A DNA stretch of 64,000 nucleotides. Source: Cyanobacteria bacterium J06626_4. Lineage in GTDB: Bacteria; Cyanobacteriota; Cyanobacteriia; Phormidesmidales; Phormidesmidaceae. The translations under genes were made by a program, and so were the position numbers. How positions within the stretch are numbered: position 1 is the stretch's first letter; every line of letters begins with the position of its first letter. A model generated the notes under the pieces. It ran no database searches. It worked only from the letters and a program-made list of their open reading frames with translations, and was not told the origin of the DNA. Shown one piece after another: positions 9,092-17,662 of this stretch. The stretch spans positions 119,293-183,292 of the forward strand of contig JBCBJQ010000002.1 of the NCBI GenBank assembly GCA_038523235.1, written 5' to 3'.

Positions 9092-12000
9092 ATGCGTTGC
9101 CTACCCAAATCCGTACTGGTGCTGATTGTTTGCCTGCTCGCCTCGAGAATGCCGCGATCAGCAGTCGCCCAATCGATTACGGTTGCTCCCGACGGTGCTG
9201 GCACCAACGTCACCTTCAACGCTGCCAGTCAAACCTACACCATCAACGGCGGCACCCAGATTGATGCCAATCTGTTTCACAGCTTTCAGCAGTTTGGCTT
9301 GAGTACTAACGAAATTGCCAACTTCTTAGCTAATTCCGATGTCGCCAACATTCTGGCTCGGGTGAGCGGCGGGCAAACCTCAATCATTGACGGTCTCTTG
9401 CAAGTCAGCGGCGGTAACCATGCCAATCTCTTCATTCTCAATCCCGCTGGGGTGTTGCTGGGCCGCAACGCCAACTTGGACTTATCAGGGTCATTTTCGG
9501 TGAGTACGGCCAGTGGTCTGGCCTTTGGCGACAATGTGTTTAATGCTACGGGCAGCAATGACTACAGCGCCCTCACGGGAACTCCTACCAGCTATGTCTT
9601 TTTGGGGAATGAAGGAGTTTTGCTCAACGAAGCTGACCTCGCCGTCAACCCCGGTGCAAGTTTGACTTTGGCGGGCAGCACTGTGATTAACACGGGGGAC
9701 TTAGAAGCTCCTGGCGGCAACGTATCCATCGTGGCAGTGCCGGAGCAAGGGATTCTGCGCATTTCCCAAGACGGCTTAGTGATGAGTTTGGCGGTGCCGA
9801 CTGACCAGCTCCAAGGACTCGTGGATGCGGGCATTACCCCGTTAGATTTGCCCGGTTTGCTCGCTGGCGAATGGGGCGGTTCTGCTACTACGGTGGCGAC
9901 TCTGGCCGATGGCACGGTGGTCTTTGCGGGTGAGGGCCGTGCAGTAAATGTCGCTGCGGGTGCCGCGACCAGCAGCGGAACTGTGGATGTGTCTGGTCAG
10001 CAAGGGGGGCAGGTGATCTTTCGGGCTGACGATGTGGCGCTGCCGTCAGGCCTGATTGATGTGTCAGGGACTGACCAAGGCGGAGAGCTGGCGGTTTATG
10101 CCCGTGATGATTTGAGCTTAGGGGTCACGGTCGATGCCAGTGGAGGGGGCGGGCATGTGTTGTTTGACCCCGCCATCTTAGATATTGATGCGGCGGCGGT
10201 AACCAGCGTCGTGAGTGGCTTAAACACAGGTGATGTAACGCTGCAGGCGTCAGAGACGATCAATGTCAATGCCGCAATTGATAGCAGTGCTCAAGGCAAT
10301 GGCAATACCCTGACGTTTGCCGATGAAAATAGCGACAATAGCCTAGCGATCAACCTAAACGCCCTGATTTCCTTGGGCAACAATCAGACTCTGGCAGGTG
10401 AAGGAACGACCGTGAATGTCAATGTCACGGATGCCGGGATTGTGCAGAATGGAGTCGATGTTGCCGCAGCGAATGGCACGGTGAACTTAGCCGCAGGTAC
10501 CTTTCAGGAAGGGCAGGAGGTGACGATCAATCGGCCAGTCACCCTGAGGGGAGCGGGCCAGACGGATACCGCCCTAGATGGGGCGGGTACCCACCAGGTG
10601 TTGAACGATACCAGCGGAGATACGCTCACCCTGACCGATCTGACGGTGCAGAATGGCAGTACGACGGGCAATGGCGGTGGTTTCTCCAGCAATGGTGCTG
10701 TGACCCTAAACAATGTCACCATTTCAGGGAATTCAGCCGGTGATAGGGGCGGCGGGATTTATACTCCTAGTGCCGTGACGCTGAACAATGCCACTGTTTC
10801 AGGGAATTCGGCAAACGATAGAGGCGGCGGGATTTATGGCCGCAATGGTTTGATTACGATGACGAATTCTACGGTGTCGGGCAATTCGTCAAACCAATAT
10901 GGCGGGGGGATTCACACCCGTAATCGAGTAACCGTGACGAACTCTACGGTGTCGGGCAATTCGTCGCGTCGCAACGGCGGGGGTATTTATAGCCGTAGTG
11001 GCGCGATTACCGTGACGAACTCTACGGTGTCGGGCAATTCGTCAAACCGTCATGGTGGCGGTGTTTGGAGCCGCAATCGTTCGATTACCCTGACTGATTC
11101 CATCGTGTCGGGTAATTCGGCCAGGCTTTCTGCCGCCGGAGTTTACTCCCGCGATGTCACCGTGACGAACTCCACGGTGTCGGGCAACTCAGCGGGAGAT
11201 TTGGGGGGAGGGCTTTATGCCACCGGGTCGCTCACCATCACGAACTCTACGGTGTCGGGCAATTCGGCAACGAATAAAGGCGGCGGCTCGTATCACCGTA
11301 ATCATGCCACCATCACGAATTCCACGATTTCGGTTAATTCATCCAATCGAGGTGGCGGCATGTATGCCCGTGGTGGTGGTGCTGTCACCCTGACCAATTC
11401 GACGGTGTCGGGAAATTCAGCGAATGATCGGGGCGGGGGGATTTTTATGCGCAACGTGGGTAGTGGCAACCTAATCCTGAGCAACGCCACGATCGCCACC
11501 AACACCGCCAATGTCGATGGTGGTGGCATCTTTTTAAACACTGCAAGTAATAACACTATCAACAACAGCATTGCTGCCAACAATTTTGCTGGTAGGGACG
11601 GCCCCGATATCAGTGGAAATCTGGTCAACAGCACTATCACCAATAGCTTGATTCAAAACACTACGGGCATCACTGCTGGGGCACCCAGCAATGGCGTCGA
11701 TGGTAATATCGTTGGCCAAGATCCGCTGCTGACTCCGCTGACCCATAACGGTGGGCCGACCCTCACCCATGGCCTCGCGATTGGGAGTCCAGCCATTGAT
11801 GCCAGCGGGGCTGGAGCCACGACCACGGATCAACGGATTCTTGCGGCAGTGAATATTCGTGACCTGGGTGCGTTTGAATTTGCGGCTCAACCTGACTTTA
11901 CGATCATTGCTGGCAACAATCAGAGCACTACTGTTGACACGACATTTGGGAAGGCCCTACAGGTACAGCTGCGGGATGCCAATGGTGACCCCTTCTGGCT

Positions 12001-12799
12001 CGGCTCCGATATTATCTTTACGGCCCCCAGCAGTGGTGCCAGTCTCAGCAGCACCCGCCAAACAATCACGCCTGGTGTCGATGGCATGGCTAGCCTGACA
12101 ACCTCTGCTAATACGGTGGCTGGCGCCTTCACGGTGTCAGTGGGGGTACCCGGTCTGACTGCCGTCGACTTTGATCTAGCGAATACGGCAGGCGCTGCCA
12201 GCATTCTGAATATCATCAGGGGAAATCGCCAAAACACCATCGTCAACACGGCCTTTAGCGATGCCCTGCAGGTGCAAGTTACTGATGCTTTTGGCAATGC
12301 GGTCTCTGGGGTGAATGTGACATTAACCGCGCCGCTGACGGGAGCCAGTGCTAGCTTCGCTAATACCGCTTTTACGACTGATGCCTTCGGTCAAGTCTCC
12401 ACCACCGCCATCGCCAACGCCACTGCCGGTCGCTTTCAGATCGGTGCTTCGGCGTTGGGTCTGACCGGAGTCAGCTTTGATCTGACGAATACGGCGGTGG
12501 TTGTCTCGCCTCCTTCTTCCAGTGGGATAGACCCCGATACGCTGCCGGGTGTAGCCCAGCGCGATCGCCTATTTGAGACTGCCGAAGCTGCCGGCTATAG
12601 GAGCATTAGAGGGAATGAAGTGCTCGGCACCTGCATTCTGACCATTGATCCCGCCCTGACGGCAACCTTGAACCTGCCAGACAGCATCCGTCAACAGTCT
12701 CAGCGAGACGAGGTGGAAGACCCTGCCAGCAATACGCTGCCCGCCTGTCCCAGAATTGGGGACTCCGAAAACTTGGATGCCCTCAGTCCAGTTGACTAA
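9092..12799 (+). CDS. TpsA-type filamentous haemagglutinin-family exoprotein/adhesin
   Basis: Signal peptide; TPS domain (NLFHSFQQF, NLFILNPAGV); Pmp-like beta-helix repeats (TNSTVSGNS..GGG); choice-of-anchor-Q-like DPLL..L..NGGPTLTH..SPAIDA..DQR..DLGAFE; two Ig/invasin-like repeats (GNNQST..LQVQ..D..G). Confidence 0.9.
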   Translation: MRCLPKSVLVLIVCLLASRMPRSAVAQSITVAPDGAGTNVTFNAASQTYTINGGTQIDANLFHSFQQFGLSTNEIANFLANSDVANILARVSGGQTSIIDGLLQVSGGNHANLFILNPAGVLLGRNANLDLSGSFSVSTASGLAFGDNVFNATGSNDYSALTGTPTSYVFLGNEGVLLNEADLAVNPGASLTLAGSTVINTGDLEAPGGNVSIVAVPEQGILRISQDGLVMSLAVPTDQLQGLVDAGITPLDLPGLLAGEWGGSATTVATLADGTVVFAGEGRAVNVAAGAATSSGTVDVSGQQGGQVIFRADDVALPSGLIDVSGTDQGGELAVYARDDLSLGVTVDASGGGGHVLFDPAILDIDAAAVTSVVSGLNTGDVTLQASETINVNAAIDSSAQGNGNTLTFADENSDNSLAINLNALISLGNNQTLAGEGTTVNVNVTDAGIVQNGVDVAAANGTVNLAAGTFQEGQEVTINRPVTLRGAGQTDTALDGAGTHQVLNDTSGDTLTLTDLTVQNGSTTGNGGGFSSNGAVTLNNVTISGNSAGDRGGGIYTPSAVTLNNATVSGNSANDRGGGIYGRNGLITMTNSTVSGNSSNQYGGGIHTRNRVTVTNSTVSGNSSRRNGGGIYSRSGAITVTNSTVSGNSSNRHGGGVWSRNRSITLTDSIVSGNSARLSAAGVYSRDVTVTNSTVSGNSAGDLGGGLYATGSLTITNSTVSGNSATNKGGGSYHRNHATITNSTISVNSSNRGGGMYARGGGAVTLTNSTVSGNSANDRGGGIFMRNVGSGNLILSNATIATNTANVDGGGIFLNTASNNTINNSIAANNFAGRDGPDISGNLVNSTITNSLIQNTTGITAGAPSNGVDGNIVGQDPLLTPLTHNGGPTLTHGLAIGSPAIDASGAGATTTDQRILAAVNIRDLGAFEFAAQPDFTIIAGNNQSTTVDTTFGKALQVQLRDANGDPFWLGSDIIFTAPSSGASLSSTRQTITPGVDGMASLTTSANTVAGAFTVSVGVPGLTAVDFDLANTAGAASILNIIRGNRQNTIVNTAFSDALQVQVTDAFGNAVSGVNVTLTAPLTGASASFANTAFTTDAFGQVSTTAIANATAGRFQIGASALGLTGVSFDLTNTAVVVSPPSSSGIDPDTLPGVAQRDRLFETAEAAGYRSIRGNEVLGTCILTIDPALTATLNLPDSIRQQSQRDEVEDPASNTLPACPRIGDSENLDALSPVD
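10680..11440 (+). repeat. Intragenic coding repeats of about 66-78 bp in tpsA
   Basis: Near-identical GACGAA(C/T)TCTACGGTGTCGGGCAATTCG units near 10861, 10937, 11015, 11164 and 11240. Confidence 0.85.
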
Positions 12800-12970
12800 A
12801 GGTAAGGTGGAGCTCAACTTCTGTGGTGCTTAGCAGGGATTTTTTCATTTCATCGCGATCGCCCCTGCTCTATTGCCACTTTCCTGCACATCTTTGCCTA
12901 ACCGAGCTTTGATCAGTCTCTGAACAGTCAAGTGCATCTCGAAATTATTGAGGATGAGTTGGCATTGATT

Positions 12971-13141
12971 TTAGAGTTACCCGCTTATTCACCTGAGTTA
13001 AATCACATCGAAATTTTGTGGCAATTCACGAAGTATGACGAGTTAGAGGCCAAAGCCTACGAGCGTTGACCAAGCTTGAGAGCACATGTGGAAAAGATGC
13101 TAAGCGGATTTGGACATGACTTTGTAATTGCTTTGGCATAG
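12971..13141 (+). pseudogene. IS630-family transposase C-terminal remnant
   Basis: Translates LELPAYSPELNHIEILWQFTKYDELEAKAYER*PSLRAHVEKMLSGFGHDFVIALA*, matching the IS630 LPxYSPxLNxIExLW motif, with an internal stop. Confidence 0.85.
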
Positions 13142-13162
13142 GTATTTATCTGGAGGCAGCTC

Positions 13163-14827
13163 ATGCCCATGTGTTTTCGTGTATGTATCCTGACTACGGG
13201 GGTTGTGGTCCTGAGTTGCATTGCCCCGGTTCAGGCCCAGGTGCCCTATGCCCAAGTAGATCCTCAACTTGACCCGCTGCCCGTGCCAGCACCTTTGCCG
13301 GACGAAGTGCCCTTAGAAACCCCAGAGCCAGATACGCCAGATACACCGTCCTCAGAATCTATCCCCATTGAAGTCACTCAAATTCAAGTGGTCGGTAGTA
13401 CGGTCTTTACCCCAGAAGAGTTGGCTGAACTGGTCGCCCCTTTTGAAAACCGCACCACTACCCTGGCAGAACTCCAGAGTTTGGCCAGAGAACTCAACCA
13501 GCGCTATCTGAACGCAGGCTACATTACCACTCAGGTACGCATTCCCGAGCAAACCCTGATCGATGGCAGAGTCATCTTGGAAGTGTTGGAGGGGGAGCTA
13601 GCAGATATCACTATTGAGGGATCTGATCGCTACCAAACCTACATCACCAGTCGCCTTAACCGCGCCAGCACTGCCCCCTTAAACCAGTTAGAGCTAGAAG
13701 ACGCCCTTCAACTCCTAGAGTTGGAGGGCGTCTTTGATTCGGTACAGGCCGATCTGGAACCGGGCAGGTCTCCAGGCACCAGTCTCTTATCAGTACGGGT
13801 AGAGGAAGCTAACCCCTTCCAGGGCCAGGTCTTTAGTGATGCCTACTCCCCCAGCAGTGTAGGGCGCGTCCGGGTGGGGACCCAACTGCAATATCGCGGC
13901 TTAGTGGTGCCAGGGGACACCGCCATCGCGACGGTGAGCACAACCACGACAGGTGGAGCTCAAGCCTATAACCTGGGCTATCAGGTGCCCATCGCCCCCA
14001 ACAACAGCACTCTGCGTTTTGGTCTTACCTATGAAGATTTTGAAATTACCGACGAGGATAACCCCGCCTTCGCTTTGGATATTGAAGGGCAGACCTTAAT
14101 CTACGAGGGCGAGTTCCGCTATCCCATCATTCGCACCCCACGAGAGGAACTGGGGCTCTCTTTGGGGTTTCGCCATCGTGATGGCGAAAGCGTCATTCTC
14201 GATACCATTACTGTGCCCAGCGTGACCAGCGTAGTGCAATTTTCTCAGGATTACCTGCGCCGCGATCGCTCCGGTGCTTGGGCGGCAAGATCTCAATTTA
14301 GCCTGGGCACCACTCTCTTTAACGCGACGGATAATCCCTCACCGGACGCGGATGGTCAGTTCTTTTCGTGGCGGGGACAGGTGCAGCGAGTACAGGTACT
14401 GAACCCCGATAATCTACTGATTTTGCGGGGTGATGTGCAGTTGGCCAACGATTCGCTGCTGGGCAGTGAGGCTTTTTTGATCGGTGGGGGGCAGTCTGTG
14501 CGGGGCTTTAATCAAAACGCTCGGGCTGGAGACAACGGGGTGCTTTTTTCCATTGAGGATCGGATTGTCTTGCAACGACATGTCGATGGCAGTCCTCTGT
14601 TTCAGGTGGTGCCATTCATGGATCTAGGAGCAGTGTGGTTTGAAGATCCCTCTAACCAACCCACGAACAATAACTTCCTTTGGGGCACAGGTGTGGGGCT
14701 AATCATCGATCCACTGCGAGGACTCAATGCCCGATTTGATGTGGGCATCCCCTTAGTAGAGCTGGATGAACCGGGTGATACCGATACTGGAGTACAGTTT
14801 TATTTTTCCTTGAATTACCAGTTTTAG
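13163..14827 (+). CDS. TpsB outer-membrane transporter (ShlB/FhaC/HecB family)
   Basis: POTRA region (YLNAGYITT), IGGGQSVRGF loop-6 motif and C-terminal YFSLNYQF beta-signal. Confidence 0.93.
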   Translation: MPMCFRVCILTTGVVVLSCIAPVQAQVPYAQVDPQLDPLPVPAPLPDEVPLETPEPDTPDTPSSESIPIEVTQIQVVGSTVFTPEELAELVAPFENRTTTLAELQSLARELNQRYLNAGYITTQVRIPEQTLIDGRVILEVLEGELADITIEGSDRYQTYITSRLNRASTAPLNQLELEDALQLLELEGVFDSVQADLEPGRSPGTSLLSVRVEEANPFQGQVFSDAYSPSSVGRVRVGTQLQYRGLVVPGDTAIATVSTTTTGGAQAYNLGYQVPIAPNNSTLRFGLTYEDFEITDEDNPAFALDIEGQTLIYEGEFRYPIIRTPREELGLSLGFRHRDGESVILDTITVPSVTSVVQFSQDYLRRDRSGAWAARSQFSLGTTLFNATDNPSPDADGQFFSWRGQVQRVQVLNPDNLLILRGDVQLANDSLLGSEAFLIGGGQSVRGFNQNARAGDNGVLFSIEDRIVLQRHVDGSPLFQVVPFMDLGAVWFEDPSNQPTNNNFLWGTGVGLIIDPLRGLNARFDVGIPLVELDEPGDTDTGVQFYFSLNYQF

Positions 14828-14899
14828 GAGGATGACAACGAGCCGATGCTGTGGACAAATCGCTGAGAGAAGAATCTAGATGTCAAAGTCTTTCTGTTC

Positions 14900-15029
14900 A
14901 ACCTTAACGGATGACCATGAGCAGAATGAAACTGTTGGGTCTTGGACAATGGGGCCTCTTTTAGACAGTTTTAATGACGCGCACGACATTGCTGGCTGCT
15001 GCCGTCAGGATATGTTGAAGGTGAGTCTT
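14900..15029 (-). pseudogene. IS1182-family transposase C-terminal remnant
   Basis: Minus strand reads KTHLQHILTAAASNVVRVI, then after a frameshift EAPLSKTQQFHSA, resembling the IS1182 C-terminus. Confidence 0.65.
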
Positions 15030-15304
15030 GTTGAATTTTCTCTAGACAACACTGACAGCTTCCTTCATTTCGGTTTTGTCTTTGTACCTGGCCTCAGGAC
15101 AGACAATTTTTGTCAGGGTTTGGCCGTACCAACTCCGGCGATTGGGGACGCGATTTTTGAGCAACTCTCTGAGGACTCCGCTTGCTCGCAAGATACTCGC
15201 AATTCCGAAAACCAAACGCCAAACTCATCATTTCGCCTTCCCGATACCCATTCCCAAAATTAGCTGCGATAATGCTCAAAAGTTGAAAATTCGCGTTGGG
15301 CACT

Positions 15305-17119
15305 ATGGCGAGATTGGATTCGGTTTGGGCAACGGTCAAAACTGTAGTGAAGCCGCTGGGTAAATGGGGCCTGCTATTGGGGTTGGTCGCGGTGAGCGCG
15401 ATCGCCTTTGCGGGCTGCAATCCGTCTCAGTTTACGGCGGCTGAGGTGGCGACCTCTCGCATTGTTTTTAGTTCCTTGGGCGATCCCAAAACCTTTAACC
15501 CCGCCCTCAGCCAGGAATATCCCAACATCTTTATTTATACGTCCGAAGGGTTGCTTACCTTGGATGGCGAAACCGGTGACATCATGCCAGCCCTGGCCGA
15601 ATCTTGGGAGATTGCCGACGACGGCCTGACCTATACCTACACGCTGCGCGAAGGGTTGCAGTGGTCTGACGGTGAGCCGTTGACGTCAGATGATGTGGTC
15701 TTCACCTACCGCGATGTCATCTTTAATGAGGCGATTCCAGCGACCAGTCGTGACTCCTTTCGGGTCGGGCAAGAAGGCCTGCTGCCGACGATCGAAAAGA
15801 TTGACGATCGCCGCTTTAAATTCATCCTGCCTGAGCCCTTTGCGCCCTTTTTGCTGAACTCTGGAGGCGGCCTACTGCCGGCCCACAGGCTACAAGAATC
15901 GGTGAACATGCTGGATGAAGAAGGCAACCCTGAATTCTTGTCGATGTGGTCTACGGGGACCCTGCCGGCCGAAATTGTGGGCAGCGGCCCCTATCGCCTG
16001 AAGCAATATTTGCCTAGCCAGCGGGTCATTTTCGAAAAAAACCCTTTTTATTGGCAAGAAGATGACCAAGGCAATTCGCAACCCTACGTGCAAGAGCTAA
16101 TCTGGCAGGTGATTGAATCGAGCGATAACCAACTCCTGCAATTTCGCTCGGGGGGGCTCGACGTGATTGGCGTTTCTCCCGATAAGTTCGCCTTGATGAA
16201 GCGCGAAGAAGACCGGGGCAATTTCACCATTCACAAAGGGGGGCCAGCCCTGGGTACTACCTTTATCACCTTTAACCTGAATAAGGCGAGTCGGGATGGT
16301 ACGCCGCTAGTTGATCCGATTAAATCGCAATGGTTTAACTCGGTGGCGTTTCGGCAGGCCATCTCTCACGCGATTGATCGTCCCACCATGATTAACAACA
16401 TTTATCAGGGCTTGGGTGAACCGCAAACCTCACCGCTGCCGGTACAAAGCCCCTTTTATGCCAGCCCTGCCGATGGCATGCCGACCTATGACTACAACCT
16501 TGAACGTGCTAGAGAACTGCTGCTAGCGGATGGGTTTCAGTACAGCCCCGCCGGAGAACTGCAGGATGCCGAGGGCAATCGCGTGCGATTTACGCTGATC
16601 ACCAACTCTGGCAACAAAATCCGCGAAGCGATCGGGGCACAAATCAAGCAGGATTTAGGCAAAATCGGCATCCAGGTTGACTTTCAGCCCATTAGTTTTA
16701 ACGCGCTGGTGACGAAGCTCAGCGATAGCTTGGACTGGGAAGCCCACATTATTGGCTTTACCGCCGGGTTAGAGCCCAATGGGGGCGCGACCGTTTGGCT
16801 GACGGATGGCTCGCTGCATGCCTTTAACCAAAATGCGCTGGCGGGCCAAGAGCCCTTAGAAGGGTGGGAAGCAGCCGAGTGGGAACTGCGCATTGCTGAT
16901 ATCTATATTCGAGCGGCCCAAGAGGTGGATGATGACAAGCGCCGCGAACTTTATTTTGAGAGTCAGCGTTTGACTCAGGAATATCTGCCCTTTATCTATC
17001 TGGTGAATCCGCTCAACATGGGGGCCGTTCGCAACACCCTGGAGGGGATTAATTATTCGGGCATTGTGCGGCCGTTTGCGCTGTGGAATGTGCAAGAGCT
17101 GACGGTCGCGACGGAGTGA
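15305..17119 (+). CDS. Peptide/nickel ABC transporter substrate-binding lipoprotein (family 5)
   Basis: Lipobox AFAGC; DPKTFNP, PALAESW, WSDGEPLTSDDVVFT and GSGPY motifs. Confidence 0.92.
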   Translation: MARLDSVWATVKTVVKPLGKWGLLLGLVAVSAIAFAGCNPSQFTAAEVATSRIVFSSLGDPKTFNPALSQEYPNIFIYTSEGLLTLDGETGDIMPALAESWEIADDGLTYTYTLREGLQWSDGEPLTSDDVVFTYRDVIFNEAIPATSRDSFRVGQEGLLPTIEKIDDRRFKFILPEPFAPFLLNSGGGLLPAHRLQESVNMLDEEGNPEFLSMWSTGTLPAEIVGSGPYRLKQYLPSQRVIFEKNPFYWQEDDQGNSQPYVQELIWQVIESSDNQLLQFRSGGLDVIGVSPDKFALMKREEDRGNFTIHKGGPALGTTFITFNLNKASRDGTPLVDPIKSQWFNSVAFRQAISHAIDRPTMINNIYQGLGEPQTSPLPVQSPFYASPADGMPTYDYNLERARELLLADGFQYSPAGELQDAEGNRVRFTLITNSGNKIREAIGAQIKQDLGKIGIQVDFQPISFNALVTKLSDSLDWEAHIIGFTAGLEPNGGATVWLTDGSLHAFNQNALAGQEPLEGWEAAEWELRIADIYIRAAQEVDDDKRRELYFESQRLTQEYLPFIYLVNPLNMGAVRNTLEGINYSGIVRPFALWNVQELTVATE

Positions 17120-17662
17120 TGGCGATCACGGTCGGTGTTCTACCGTTTCCTGACCGGGCGCAACTCGATCAGCTGCCTAGCGACGGTGACTGAATCCGGC
17201 GAGATCGTTCGTCGCTCTGTTGCCCAACCAAACAGCCCCTGCAAACACTGAATTGGCAATTACTAGAGAGCGAATTCTAGGCTTTATTTTTCCTATGCGA
17301 AAAATAGGGAAAACCAATGCTGGTACAAAACTTTAAAGAATGCGAGTTTCTGCGCCTAAATGCATTGCGAATTGTTACGCATATAGCTGTATCCCTTATC
17401 TGGCAAGGTTTTTTTGGTAGAACCTGGATAGGTGTTTAAACCTATTTGAGTCAGTTGATGCGACTTCACTACAGGAATTGCAGGCTTTTGTAAATACATT
17501 TTGCCGAGGCAATTCACCACATTCTATGGTGGTTAGATGAAGCCGTAAGTTGGCCGTCAGGTAAAGGGATTGGGTCTTAAGAGGGGACTCGATTGTTTGC
17601 CCAGGTTAGCTGGCTGACTGCGACGCCTAAAATTTGGACACGTCATAAGGAGTCATCGCTGC

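Noticed and set aside
10680..11440. Regularly spaced repeats as a CRISPR array or DGR target
   Set aside because: The repeats are in-frame coding units of TpsA, and there is no cas or reverse transcriptase gene in the window.
14880..15263. 127-aa ORF after tpsB
   Set aside because: Overlaps the antisense IS1182 remnant and promoter DNA; no recognisable motifs.
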